DNA of 64,000 bases from Candidatus Latescibacterota bacterium (GCA_965215195.1 CBDCDC010000002.1:2400001-2464000); one strand, 5' to 3'. Positions 46,318 through 56,526 are shown, counted from the first letter of the stretch. Numbers and translations are program-made. Notes: generated from the letters alone by a model not told the origin.

Positions 46318-47631
46318 TTACGGCACTAGCCGCCGACACTCCAAGTAGTAGCGCTTCTCTGCGGCCTCGCCCAGCGAGAATGTCTTGCGCGGCGCGGCCC
46401 CGTCAATGGCGATTGTTTTGAACAAGTCGCGCTTGTTCATGGCCGGCAGCAAGAAGCCGATGCGGTCCGGCATTGAGGCCAGCTTCTCTAACACGGCCTC
46501 GCCGTGAATGTAGTCGAGGCGGGCGCGGGGATGCGCTTCGAGATAGCAGTCCAAAAAAGCCTGTAAGGACGCTACTTCGAGCTGGAAGTTGGGTCTGGCA
46601 ATGCTCAACAGGCCGCGCTCTGTCCCGCTTACGTAGGGAATGTGATGCCCCGGGCCGACGGCCGCTTCGCGCCAAGCCGCCTCCCACCCGTCCCGATCAG
46701 TGAAGGTCCGACGGCTAAATCCCCACTCTGTGCAGTGCGTCTTCATTGCCCGCAAGAGATCGGTCGCATCTACTCCAAAAACCACCCGATGGATGGACGC
46801 AAACTCCAAGCCCTCGTCGTGGACGTTGACTAGTTCGGCCAAGGCGTAGCGCACCGGGTGATTCATTATCTGGCACTCGTCCTCGGCCTCCGCCTTGAGC
46901 CGCTCCCAGACGGCCCGCGCCGTCGCGAAGGAGTGGTTGCCGTCGCCCAGCGCGTAGATCAGCGGCGGCTCGCCGTGCGCGAGGCGGGCGAGGGCTTGGG
47001 CGATTTCGGCGATCAGCGTCCCGTCGTCAATGTGCCAGCCCCGGAGCCGACCACCGCCCAGCATCAGCTCGACATCGTAGGCTTGCTGCAGGTCTTCTTC
47101 GCCAAGCGGCTCAATCACCGTCTGCTGCGGATCGTCGATCAGCACCATGATGTGCGGCGTTTCCAGCGACGCCTTCTCCCGCACCTGAATTCTCGGCGGC
47201 AACCGACTCTGATCGGTGCCTTCGGTCGTGCGGATCAGCTTTTGCGCACCGTCTCGGTAGTCGTACTGCTCCAAGTCCAAGGCGACGACCAGTCCCCAGC
47301 GCGACCCAGCGCGGCCCACCTCGCGCTCCACCAGCATAAAACCGGGCCGCTGCTCCACCAGTACGCCGCTTTTTAGATACTCCTGCATCCGCTGGTTAAT
47401 GCCGGCGATGGCCTGCTTGCGGCAAGCCGCCTCGAGGTATGCTTCGGGGAAAATCAGATGCAGCGTCGAAGGAGCGGCCCCGACGATCCGCTGCACCTCC
47501 TCCCAGTATTCGGGCTGGGAGGTGTACTGGTCGCAGGCAATGACCGACCAAATTTCGAGGGGAATGTCTGCTCTCGGCAGAAGCAAGGTCGGCACGTGTA
47601 GGGCGACCTTGGGATAGTATCGCTGCGTCAT
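46318..47631 (-). CDS. DUF1015 family protein
   Basis: ACDQYTS, TEGT..RLPPR, GDGNHS, PRKTFS. Confidence 0.88.
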   Translation of the reverse strand: MTQRYYPKVALHVPTLLLPRADIPLEIWSVIACDQYTSQPEYWEEVQRIVGAAPSTLHLIFPEAYLEAACRKQAIAGINQRMQEYLKSGVLVEQRPGFMLVEREVGRAGSRWGLVVALDLEQYDYRDGAQKLIRTTEGTDQSRLPPRIQVREKASLETPHIMVLIDDPQQTVIEPLGEEDLQQAYDVELMLGGGRLRGWHIDDGTLIAEIAQALARLAHGEPPLIYALGDGNHSFATARAVWERLKAEAEDECQIMNHPVRYALAELVNVHDEGLEFASIHRVVFGVDATDLLRAMKTHCTEWGFSRRTFTDRDGWEAAWREAAVGPGHHIPYVSGTERGLLSIARPNFQLEVASLQAFLDCYLEAHPRARLDYIHGEAVLEKLASMPDRIGFLLPAMNKRDLFKTIAIDGAAPRKTFSLGEAAEKRYYLECRRLVP

Positions 47632-47634
47632 CGG

Positions 47635-48462
47635 CTAACCGAGCAACGGTCTGACCCAGGCCGGAAAAATCGGGAATATCGCCTCTGGAGCCTCTAGTTC
47701 GGGATGCCAGCGCTTCTCGTGCTCAAACATGATCCAGCCGTCGTACCCGTGCCCCTTGAGCAGGGCTATGGCCTCGGCTAAGGGCAACTGGCCCGCGCCC
47801 GGCCGCACGTAGCGCCAACCATCCCTCATGGCCGCGGCGTGTTCGGGATCGTAGACGGCGTCTTTGACGTGGGTATAACCTATGCGCGGCCCCACTGCCT
47901 GATAGGTCTGCTCCGGCGACTCCTCGCCCACCCGCGCCGTGTGGCCCATGTCCCACAGTACGCCGAAAGCCTCGTTGGAAATGCGGTCGAGCAGCAGCTT
48001 GCACTCCACCGCCTTGATCCACTCGTCGTGGGTCTCAAAAAGCCACTTGAGCTGGCCGGCTCCATCCAATTCGAGGATCTGTTCCATCGTCTCCCGCCCG
48101 ATGTCGGCTAGCTGCTCCTTGGAATAGGTCTTGGAGTCGCCGCCGCCAAAAACTCGGATCGCGCCGCAGCCCAACTCATTAGCCACTGGGATTGAGCGCC
48201 GCGCTTCCTCCACGTTCTCCGTTAGCTTCTCCGGCACGCAGACCCGGATGCTGGAGCTGATTCCCGACACCTCCATGCCGGCGTCTGCTAGCTGGCGTTG
48301 GGTCTGGGCGACCCCGCTGGTGAAGGCCGGCAATTGGGTAATGTCCATCGTCTCCTGCAACCCGCGGAAATCGACGCCGTCGTACCCGTATTCGCTCCCC
48401 CGGCGGCAAATGGTATCCAAGTCCCAATCTGGACAGCCCAACGTCGTAAAGCTGATTTTCAT
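47635..48462 (-). CDS. Sugar-phosphate isomerase/epimerase
   Basis: FTTLGCPDW, FETHD, WDMGH, HVKD, EHEKRWHP. Confidence 0.88.
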   Translation of the reverse strand: MKISFTTLGCPDWDLDTICRRGSEYGYDGVDFRGLQETMDITQLPAFTSGVAQTQRQLADAGMEVSGISSSIRVCVPEKLTENVEEARRSIPVANELGCGAIRVFGGGDSKTYSKEQLADIGRETMEQILELDGAGQLKWLFETHDEWIKAVECKLLLDRISNEAFGVLWDMGHTARVGEESPEQTYQAVGPRIGYTHVKDAVYDPEHAAAMRDGWRYVRPGAGQLPLAEAIALLKGHGYDGWIMFEHEKRWHPELEAPEAIFPIFPAWVRPLLG

Positions 48463-49184
48463 GGTCTTTCTCCGTATCCGTTTTCGTTCATGGCATCTCT
48501 AAAAAAGTCAAACACGTGCTGGTCCCGGTCCGTTTTCCACCGCCCAATCGACTCCGGCCGCACCACGATCCGGCCCAACTCAATCCCCAAAAACGCCTCC
48601 AATTCCCCCAACACCTCCTCCTGCTTGAGCACGAAATCCTCAAACCGCACCAACATCCACTTCTTTGGCTTGGGCGTGGCCTTCATCAGCTCGTACTGGT
48701 ATTTCCACGAAATGGCCCGCCGCCGCCGGATGTCGTCCGTGCGCTCGTACTCGATGCCGAAATCCGCTAGGTCATCGGTCTTGTGGCCGCCGATGATGCT
48801 GTCGCGCGGATCGCGAATCCAGTGAATGTAGTGGATGTCGGGAAACATCCGCACAATCCACGGATAAATCAGCGTCGTCTCGGGCAGCTTCCAGCCCTTG
48901 TGCTCCGAGCGGTCCGCCGCAATGTCTTGCAGATATTCGCCGATCAAGTCCTCGAATTCCGGGTCGATTTTTGCGCTGTGCAGGGCGTCGAAATCCCACT
49001 CCAAGCCCCCCTTCCACTTGACGTATTTGGCCATGACCCGACAGGCCGCGTAGAGCGCGTGGGGCGGCACCTTGTCGCCCGAGCGATTGATCGCGTGGCC
49101 CATAAAAACACCGCTGGCATAGAGGGTGTGGGCTATGGCGCGCGTACCCGAGTGGCCGCGGCCAATGACCGTGATTATAGCCAT
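48459..49184 (-). CDS. Sulfotransferase family protein
   Basis: GRGHSGT (PAPS loop), GWKLP, RDPRD, RFED. Confidence 0.85.
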   Translation of the reverse strand: MAIITVIGRGHSGTRAIAHTLYASGVFMGHAINRSGDKVPPHALYAACRVMAKYVKWKGGLEWDFDALHSAKIDPEFEDLIGEYLQDIAADRSEHKGWKLPETTLIYPWIVRMFPDIHYIHWIRDPRDSIIGGHKTDDLADFGIEYERTDDIRRRRAISWKYQYELMKATPKPKKWMLVRFEDFVLKQEEVLGELEAFLGIELGRIVVRPESIGRWKTDRDQHVFDFFRDAMNENGYGERP

Positions 49185-49335
49185 ACAGGTTCCTCAGATT
49201 AGGGCATAAGAAAACCGCCTGTACCCTAAAATCGCGTGCGGTGGTTGTATTGGCTGGATAGTATCGCTAAGGACATAAAAAGAAAGGAAACAGACTATGC
49301 CCGGACAAAAAAAGACCTAGTAAGCCAAGGAACAA

Positions 49336-49375
49336 AAAAGTGGAGATAACAGCCTTGCTCGCTACCTCCACTTTT
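49336..49375. terminator. Hairpin, possible bidirectional terminator
   Basis: aaaagtggag...ctccactttt. Confidence 0.45.
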
Positions 49376-49490
49376 CGCGTTTAATAGTGCCTATGTCCAC
49401 GACCGTTGATGCTTTTGTGGATTCACCGCGACGTTAGGCGCGACCACGACGCTGTTTCTCCGCGGGCACCGGATAGCCGCCGCTGTCGCG

Positions 49491-50081
49491 TTACTTGAGC
49501 ACCGCGACAGCTACCCCCATAGCCGTGACGAGGATGCTGGTACAGGCGATGAGCATGGCCATCAGCCGCGCATAGCGCGAATCAAGTTGTTTGGCTAAGT
49601 CGTGGATGCGCTCATTGGTCTGGTCAATCCGCCCGTTAGTCTCATCAATCCGCCCGTTAGTCTCGTCGATGCGCTCATTAGTCTGGTCGAAGCGCTCGTT
49701 CATCTCAGAGCGCAAGTCGTGGATGCGCTCATTGGTCTGGTCAATCCGCCCGTTAGTCTCGTCAATCCGCCCGTTAGTCTCGTCAATCCGCCCGTTAGTC
49801 TCGTCGAAGCGCTCGTTCATCTCAGAGCGCAAGTCATGGATGCGCTCATTGGTCTGGTCAATCCGCCCGTTAGTCTCGTCAATCCGCCCGTTAGTCTGAT
49901 CGAAGCGCCCGTTAGTCTGGTCGAAGCGCTCATTGGTCTCGTGGATGCGCTCATTGGTCTGATCAATCCGCCCGTGTATTTGGCGCACATCTTGGCGGAG
50001 GTCCTGAATATCCTCGCGCAGGAAGCTGAGAGCGAGTGTGGATTCCGTTGGCTGGACGGGCTGGGGCTGATGCTCGGTCAT
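49491..50081 (-). CDS. Heptad/hendecad-repeat coiled-coil protein with C-terminal membrane anchor (DUF1640/CCDC90-like architecture)
   Basis: IDETNGR/IDQTNER heptads plus IHDLRSEMNER hendecads, C-terminal TM; AAGGAGG RBS. Confidence 0.8.
   Translation of the reverse strand: MTEHQPQPVQPTESTLALSFLREDIQDLRQDVRQIHGRIDQTNERIHETNERFDQTNGRFDQTNGRIDETNGRIDQTNERIHDLRSEMNERFDETNGRIDETNGRIDETNGRIDQTNERIHDLRSEMNERFDQTNERIDETNGRIDETNGRIDQTNERIHDLAKQLDSRYARLMAMLIACTSILVTAMGVAVAVLK
49600..49975 (-). repeat. 21-bp and 33-bp tandem repeats
   Basis: tcaatccgcccgttagtctcg units. Confidence 0.92.
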
Positions 50082-50278
50082 GAGAAGGTCCTCCTTGGGT
50101 AAAGGTAAGTACTCGCCCCCTTCAAGCAAAAAGCAGGCCATGCTTGGCCAACCGCCCGTTCTCTCTGATGGCGATGGATGCGGTGTGTCTTAGCGACAAC
50201 AACGCTGTTTCTCAGAGGCAACGCGTCCCTTCGCTTGACCCGCGCGGGCACCGGATAGCCGCCGCTGTTGCGTTAATA

Positions 50279-51163
50279 ACCAATGGTGCTAGTGGGCTAC
50301 AAGCTAAATTCCGCGATGGACAACGGGACGAATCCATTTTCATCCGGTTGCAATCCATGCCACTGTGCCAGCAGGTTAAAGGCGGCCATGGCCGCGCTCA
50401 GATGCGCTCTAAAGTAGGCCCAAGCTCGATGGGTCTGTCGCTTGAACCGGCCGATGCGGGTCAGCATCGAAAAGACGGTCTCGATGACCATCCGGTCGCC
50501 CCAGGTTTTGCGGGGACACACTTTCAGATTAGCCGGATCACCTTCTTTGGCATGAAAGCCTTGGTCGCTGAGGAGGATCATCTGCTCTTCGTAGCGACCA
50601 ATCATCGGGTGAAAGACCGAATCGTGGACATTGGCCGTGTTACAATCCCAATCGACGATCAAGCCCCACTGGTTGACGATCAAGCCCAGCTTGCCGCCGA
50701 CGATCCAGCGGTGATTGGACAACCCTTTCTGGCCGATAGGGTGAGCGGAGCGGCCTTCGCGTACTGGATGGATCAACTCGATGCCATAGCTATCGATCAC
50801 GCCTAAGGGGGTGGGGTCCGCTCGAAAGCGATCGGTCCAGTCCGCATGGGCGACAAACAGGCGGAACAAGCGGGTGCGTTCGGGCAGGCGCGGGAAAAAG
50901 GCGCGCCAATCGCGCACTACCCAGCGATAAAACGCCCGTTTGCCGTCCCCTTTGAGCGCATATAGAACCGCCAGGGTCACCGTTTCGCTGGGATATAAGG
51001 CGGCTTGGGGGTGTTTGGGCACATCGCCCATCTGGTTGTCGATCCGATAGAAGAGGGCTATTATAAACTCGGCCGTGGTCATGGGACGCTCCTTCGCTGG
51101 AAGGGGGGACACCCTCAGCGTAGGAACTACCTCGACCACGGTCAACTCACTAGCACCATTGGT
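50279..51163 (-). mobile_element. IS982-family insertion sequence, copy 2 (885 bp)
   Basis: Same IRs, 5-bp TSD TAATA; near-identical to copy 1. Confidence 0.88.
50297..51082 (-). CDS. IS982-like DDE transposase
   Basis: Same protein as 28928-29713. Confidence 0.85.
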   Translation of the reverse strand: MTTAEFIIALFYRIDNQMGDVPKHPQAALYPSETVTLAVLYALKGDGKRAFYRWVVRDWRAFFPRLPERTRLFRLFVAHADWTDRFRADPTPLGVIDSYGIELIHPVREGRSAHPIGQKGLSNHRWIVGGKLGLIVNQWGLIVDWDCNTANVHDSVFHPMIGRYEEQMILLSDQGFHAKEGDPANLKVCPRKTWGDRMVIETVFSMLTRIGRFKRQTHRAWAYFRAHLSAAMAAFNLLAQWHGLQPDENGFVPLSIAEFSL

Positions 51164-52380
51164 TAATAGTAAAAACTAATCTGCAGCAACCCACTCTTGG
51201 CCGCCCCACCATACTCACTCTGCAATATCCCCTGTCTCGGCCTCGCCCCATAGGGCCAGTACGCGTTCGCCGCTAGGGTCAGCTCGTCCGAGAAAATCCA
51301 CGTCACCACGCCCGTTAGCACCCCGGAGCCATCTATCGGGGAGAAGAGCCAACCGAGTGTCCTCGGCAGAGTGCCGGTGATTCCCTGCGATAGCTGCAAG
51401 GCACCGGCGTACCGCCCCAAGATCTGCGCGTCTCCTCGACTCAGACGCGCCAGGTAAGGGGCCGCAGCTAGCTCGGCAATGTCGCTGACGCCAAAGCCCG
51501 AGAAGTGGTATTCGCCCACGAGCAACAGGCCGCCCAAGGCGTCCCATGCGTACGAGCCGCCCACAAGGGCCTTGAGCACCACCTCGCCCCCTGCTGTGGC
51601 GGGCGTCTTGAACGACGCTAGCTCGCCGTGTATCTCAGCACCTGTGACCCGCACGGACGCGGCCGTGCCGGCAAAGCGATCGCCGCGGCGATGCCCTAAC
51701 AGCAACTCCCCGTCGAGTGCGCCGATATGGCCGTAGAGCCGCCCGACAAAGGCCGATTCGTCAACCGACGCACAGCCAGCCGCTACCGCGTCCAGCGAAA
51801 AGCGAGCCGCAAGCGGCACGGAAACGCGCAGCGCATCAACCCCGCGCCGCCATTCGCGGTCGCTTTCTAAAGGGTTAAACGGCGCGAAAACATCCACCGC
51901 GCCAAAGAGCACACCGCGCCCCCACCCAATGGCTTGACGGCCGATTTGTACCTCGCCACGCCCTACGCGCCAAGCCACGAATGCGCGGTCTAGCTCGTGC
52001 CGGTAGGCGACGTTCTCGCCCATAGCCAGCGCATCATCGAGCTGTTTGAGCCGATACGGCGCACGGATCTGCGGTACCAATATACCTGCGCCCGCGCCCG
52101 CGCCCGCACCTGTAGAAACCGCCCGCGCCCGTTGCTCGTAGGCCAAGCGCACGTGCAGAGCCGCCGCCGCTTGGCCCCGCAGCGCGAGCCGCCCCCTTCC
52201 CAGTGTGGCCGCGCTCCAGCGCTCGGGGTACAAAAGCGGCGCGTCGGGTGCGTGCGACGAGAGCGCGGTCCACTTCAACGCGGCATCCAGTGCCCAGTAG
52301 CGACTCCCGTCAGCACTCGACCACAAGCTGACGCCCAACGCGGGCTGCGCCGCCAAGAGAACCGCCAGCGTCAGCCGCAT
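51163..52380 (-). CDS. Putative outer-membrane beta-barrel protein of the ABC operon
   Basis: Signal peptide, ELDRAFV, GRQAIGWG, aromatic C-terminus ISFYY. Confidence 0.7.
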   Translation of the reverse strand: MRLTLAVLLAAQPALGVSLWSSADGSRYWALDAALKWTALSSHAPDAPLLYPERWSAATLGRGRLALRGQAAAALHVRLAYEQRARAVSTGAGAGAGAGILVPQIRAPYRLKQLDDALAMGENVAYRHELDRAFVAWRVGRGEVQIGRQAIGWGRGVLFGAVDVFAPFNPLESDREWRRGVDALRVSVPLAARFSLDAVAAGCASVDESAFVGRLYGHIGALDGELLLGHRRGDRFAGTAASVRVTGAEIHGELASFKTPATAGGEVVLKALVGGSYAWDALGGLLLVGEYHFSGFGVSDIAELAAAPYLARLSRGDAQILGRYAGALQLSQGITGTLPRTLGWLFSPIDGSGVLTGVVTWIFSDELTLAANAYWPYGARPRQGILQSEYGGAAKSGLLQISFYY

Positions 52381-53081
52381 GCCCCCTTGCGCTCGTCGCT
52401 CAGCACCTCGCCATCGCGCAAAGTAACCACCCGCGAGGCATACGAGACTACCAAGGGGTCGTGCGTCGAAAAGACAAAGGTCATGCCCATGTCGTCGCGG
52501 AGCCGCCGCATCATCTGCAAGAGAGCCTGCGCGTTGTCGCTGTCGAGATTGGCCGTTGGCTCGTCGGCGAGCACCAAGCCCGGCCGCGAGGCCACGGCCC
52601 GCGCCACAGCCACCCGCTGCTGCTGGCCGCCCGACATCTGGCTGGGCCGCCGGTGGGCGAGTTCGCCTAGCCCCAGCTCCGTTAGGGTCTCCTCGGCTCG
52701 CGCCCGCCGCTTTTTGGGGTCCATGCCCTGCAACTCCAGCACAAATTCCACGTTCTCACGCGCCGTCAACACCGGCACTAGGTTGTAGGCCTGGAACACA
52801 AAGCCCAAGGATCGGAGCCGGAGCTCGGCCCGCTCGCTGCGGCTCAGCGGCCCCAAGTCGCGGCCAAAGAGCACAATGCGCCCGCCGGTGGGCACGTCGA
52901 GCGCACCGATTAGATTGAGTAGGGTCGTCTTGCCGCTGCCGCTCGGCCCGACGATGGCCATAAACTCCCCGCTGCCGATTGCGAGGTCTATTCCGCGCAG
53001 GGCCTCCACGGCAATATCGCCCGCCCGAAAGACTTTTTTCACGCCTTGGGCAACTACTAGCGCTCCGTCCATATCACGCAT
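52371..53081 (-). CDS. ABC transporter ATP-binding protein (LolD/MacB-like)
   Basis: GPSGSGKT, MSGGQQQR, LADEPT, STHD. Confidence 0.93.
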   Translation of the reverse strand: MRDMDGALVVAQGVKKVFRAGDIAVEALRGIDLAIGSGEFMAIVGPSGSGKTTLLNLIGALDVPTGGRIVLFGRDLGPLSRSERAELRLRSLGFVFQAYNLVPVLTARENVEFVLELQGMDPKKRRARAEETLTELGLGELAHRRPSQMSGGQQQRVAVARAVASRPGLVLADEPTANLDSDNAQALLQMMRRLRDDMGMTFVFSTHDPLVVSYASRVVTLRDGEVLSDERKGACG

Positions 53082-54345
53082 CCCGCTGGCTCAGGGCCGC
53101 CGCCGGATCCAAGCGCGTGGCAGACCAAGCCGGATAAAGCGCGGCCAAAAGCGTTGCACAAAGTCCCAAGCCGAAGGCGTAGGGCAGCATCCACATCCCC
53201 ATGTCCGCGTAGATTATTGGGTCGAAGAAAACGCCCATGACCGTCATATCGTCGCCCATCATCGCGGAAAAATCAATCCCCGCTGTCGCCGTGTGCCAAA
53301 CGAGCGGCAACGCGAGCAACAGGCCCAAGAGCGCGCCGAGGGCACCCATGAACACGGCCTCAAAAAGCACCAAGCCCACCAGCTTGAATTCCCCGAGACC
53401 CAGTGCCATCAGCACGGCAAATTCGCGCCTCCTTTCCAGCATGGCCGTCAGTTGTGCGCTCGTCACGCCCAAAATTACCACTGCGGCTACGACCGCAATA
53501 AAAAAGTTGGAAAAGGCCCGGTCGGCTGCCGCGTCGCCGCCCATCGCTGGCAGGACCTCGCGCCAAGTGAGCACTTCGTCGCCCTGCACTCGCTGGGCCA
53601 GCTCGGCCGAGCGCACCGCCACCTGTTGCGGGTCTGCGAAGGCTACCGACACCTCGGCTGCGCCCTGCAGGCCCGTCATTTTCTCGACATCAGCGAGCAT
53701 TGCGTGGCAGATGGTCTCGTCAATCGTGCGGCTGCCGGTAGATGCGATCCCGACGATCCGCAACATCGCGTACTCCATCTCCCCGTCGGCGCGCGTCAGC
53801 GTCAACAACAAGTCATCCCCCAACGCTACGTCCAAGCGCTCGACGAGGGCCTTGCCGACTACTACCGCGCCCTCGTCGCCTGCTTGCAAGTAACGCCCCT
53901 CGTCGATGGTGCGCACCAGCCTGTTGAGCCGCGGCTCAGCGGCTGGATCCACGCCCAAAAGCTGGACGCCGGCCACTCGCGTACCAAAGGCCAAAAGGCC
54001 CTGCACCCGCACGTGGGCAGCCACAACAGCTACGCCTTCGAGGCCGCGTGCGGCTTTGAGCGCGGCCGCTGAGTCCTGCAAGCGCAACTCGTCGCGCCGA
54101 CTTTGCGCCCAGCCCGCGGGTGCGATCCGCAGGTGGCCGTACCCACTCTGGGAAATGGCCTGCACCCGCATGGTTTGGCCGCCGCGCATAAAGGCCGTGG
54201 CAAAGAGCGCAATGGCGCATCCCAACCCCACGCCCAAGATGGACAGGCCGGTCCGGCGGCGACTGCGCCCCAGCGAGCGCAAGGCGTATTGCACCGACAG
54301 GTTCACCGCCCCTTTGGGTCGGCGGATGAGGCGTTGCCCGCTCAC
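53074..54345 (-). CDS. LolC/E-MacB-like ABC permease
   Basis: RRTGLS TM, periplasmic domain, ERRREFAVLMALG. Confidence 0.9.
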   Translation of the reverse strand: MSGQRLIRRPKGAVNLSVQYALRSLGRSRRRTGLSILGVGLGCAIALFATAFMRGGQTMRVQAISQSGYGHLRIAPAGWAQSRRDELRLQDSAAALKAARGLEGVAVVAAHVRVQGLLAFGTRVAGVQLLGVDPAAEPRLNRLVRTIDEGRYLQAGDEGAVVVGKALVERLDVALGDDLLLTLTRADGEMEYAMLRIVGIASTGSRTIDETICHAMLADVEKMTGLQGAAEVSVAFADPQQVAVRSAELAQRVQGDEVLTWREVLPAMGGDAAADRAFSNFFIAVVAAVVILGVTSAQLTAMLERRREFAVLMALGLGEFKLVGLVLFEAVFMGALGALLGLLLALPLVWHTATAGIDFSAMMGDDMTVMGVFFDPIIYADMGMWMLPYAFGLGLCATLLAALYPAWSATRLDPAAALSQRDA

Positions 54346-55580
54346 GTCCGCATGGCCTCCACCGGCTCCAGCCGCGCCACGTGCAGCAGCGGCCAGACGC
54401 AGGCCGAAAGGGCCGTCACCAGCACGGCCGACACCCCGGCCAACACGTCGGCCCCGCGCACCTCGGGGTAGACCCGCGAAGCTATCTGCACACCTTGGAA
54501 CCCCATTTCAAAGGACTCCTCGCCGCCCAACTCGGCGAGGTCAAAGCCCGATCCAGCCGTCAGTGCCGCAAAACACGCGCCGAGCGCAGTACCCAGCAAC
54601 ACCCCCAAAGCGCCCAACAGCACGGCCTCGGTCGCCACCATCCGAAAGAGCCGGCCCGGATTCGCGCCCAGTGCCAACAACATCCCCAACTCGCGGCGGC
54701 GCTCAAAGGTGGACATCATCATGGTATTGGCAATACCGGCTATGGACGCCAAGCAGACGATCCCCAAAACCACCAGCGAATACATGTCCATCATTTTGAT
54801 GATCCCGGCTAGCTGCGGTACGACCTCGTGCCAGAGCTTGATTTCCGTCCCTTGCAGTGCTGGCTGCGCGCCGAGCGAGTCTGCGACCGGATCTATCTGC
54901 TCGGCCTCGTGCAAGCGGACGACAATCTCGTGCGCTTCGTCATCCATCCTCAAAAGTGCCCGCGCGTCTTGCAGCCCGGCGACGATGCCAATGCTGTTGA
55001 CGAGCTCGACCGGCGACTCGACAACCGCCGCCACTTCGTATAGCTCGCTGGCAATGGAGCCGTCAATGTCTTGGCCCACCACGGCCAACTCGGCACCGGC
55101 CTCAATGCCGTGCTGCCGCGCCAAGCCTTTCCCCACCAGCACCCGGCCGTCTCCCAAGAGGCCGGCCAACTCTTCGCTGCCCAACAGGCCGCCCGCGGCT
55201 CCCTCTAGTACCGGGTCCGCACCGACGACCATTCCCACAAAACCTTCCTCTTCGAGCGCGGCCAACACGGGCGCGTAAATCCTCGGCACGGCCCGCGCCA
55301 CTTGGGGCTGCCCGCGAAGCGCCGCTAGCATGGTCTCGACATCGTCCAGCGTCTGCTCAACGGCGCGCTCCTCGCGCCAGCCCGCTGCCACGATCTGCAC
55401 GTGCCCGACCAAAGGACCGGTCACCGAATCAAAGTAGTGGTCGGCATAGCCTCGCATGATCCCAGCCGTGGCCAAGAACGCAAACTGCCCCAGCCCAATC
55501 GCCGCCACCGCCAAGGCCGAGCGCTTGCGGTTGCGGCCCAAGCCGCGCCAAGCCATGCGCAGTGTGCTGTTTGCGGCCAT
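54342..55580 (-). CDS. LolC/E-MacB-like ABC permease
   Basis: AWRGLGRNRKRS, ERRRELGMLLALG, LEPVEAMR. Confidence 0.9.
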   Translation of the reverse strand: MAANSTLRMAWRGLGRNRKRSALAVAAIGLGQFAFLATAGIMRGYADHYFDSVTGPLVGHVQIVAAGWREERAVEQTLDDVETMLAALRGQPQVARAVPRIYAPVLAALEEEGFVGMVVGADPVLEGAAGGLLGSEELAGLLGDGRVLVGKGLARQHGIEAGAELAVVGQDIDGSIASELYEVAAVVESPVELVNSIGIVAGLQDARALLRMDDEAHEIVVRLHEAEQIDPVADSLGAQPALQGTEIKLWHEVVPQLAGIIKMMDMYSLVVLGIVCLASIAGIANTMMMSTFERRRELGMLLALGANPGRLFRMVATEAVLLGALGVLLGTALGACFAALTAGSGFDLAELGGEESFEMGFQGVQIASRVYPEVRGADVLAGVSAVLVTALSACVWPLLHVARLEPVEAMRT

Positions 55581-56324
55581 CTAGCGCCTGCGTTCTAACT
55601 GCGCCAAGCTAAAGAGGCTCTCTTCCAGCTCGACGTCGAATTCCACATGTAAATAGGTCAATACCGTGCGCCGGCCCTCCTCGCGCTCGGGCGAAATCAC
55701 AATCCGGGTGGGTATCAGCCGGTCTCCCATCTTTTTGATCTCTTCGAGCTGCATCGTGCGCGAGAGCCGGCCTTTGCGGTCGTAGTAGCGCACGAGTATG
55801 GGTAGCTGTTCTGCGTGCGCAAAGACGACCTCCACCCGCTCCCACAAACCCGGCACCTCGGGTTTGGCCTCTAGATCTACCTGCCGTCCGGGCGGATCTT
55901 CGCTCGGGCCGACCCCTGCCACCGCGTAGTCGTGGGCGTATGACGACTCGCGCACCAAGTCGTCGTTGGTCAAATCGCTGCCCATCCACGCGCCCATCAT
56001 CAGCGCGGGCGGCACGCGGATCGTGCGCGAAATTTTGGGCAGGTAGTTCCACAGGTTGCTGCCGACCCGGAGCGTGGCCGTGCCGGCGTCGCGGGCCGGC
56101 GCGTCAATGACCACCAGCGCCTTGTCCTCGCCTTGGCTCCAAGAGCGCATCCGCATCGTCCGCACCTTATTCGGCCGCTCAATTTTAATCTCGATCCGTG
56201 CGGCCGTGCCCGCCGATCGATACATATCGTCGAACTGTGCCAATAGGGCTTGCGCCGCAGGCACGGTGTCTTGCGCTGCACTTGGGGCCGCGCAAAGCAC
56301 CATCACCGCTAGCAATGTACTCAT
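55581..56324 (-). CDS. LolA-like outer-membrane lipoprotein-sorting protein
   Basis: PARDAGTATL, WNYLP, MGSDLTNDD. Confidence 0.85.
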   Translation of the reverse strand: MSTLLAVMVLCAAPSAAQDTVPAAQALLAQFDDMYRSAGTAARIEIKIERPNKVRTMRMRSWSQGEDKALVVIDAPARDAGTATLRVGSNLWNYLPKISRTIRVPPALMMGAWMGSDLTNDDLVRESSYAHDYAVAGVGPSEDPPGRQVDLEAKPEVPGLWERVEVVFAHAEQLPILVRYYDRKGRLSRTMQLEEIKKMGDRLIPTRIVISPEREEGRRTVLTYLHVEFDVELEESLFSLAQLERRR

Positions 56325-56526
56325 CTTTTGTCTTCTCAAGCGAAGTATCTGACGTGAACGGCTTAGCCCGCCAACGGACCTAATACATGCAAACGCAGGG
56401 GTCGATATAGCACGGTCGATTCGACAGCCAACGCCGCTGCCGCTACATTAGGGCAAAACGAAGGGCCGTGTAGCCATCTGCCGTGCGGCCCTAAAGCAAA
56501 CCATTCTTAGTCCGAAAGGCTAATCT

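Noticed and set aside
49600-49975. CRISPR array
   Set aside because: 21/33-bp coding tandem repeats without spacers.
28847-51163. Composite transposon formed by the two inverted IS copies
   Set aside because: Each copy has its own matching TSD (TACTA, TAATA), which indicates independent insertions; copy 1 lies inside the dynamin operon.
52876-54072. Long antisense ORFs (also 24507-25469, 27435-28451, 59116-60126)
   Set aside because: Shadow ORFs opposite well-supported genes in high-GC DNA, with no recognisable motifs.
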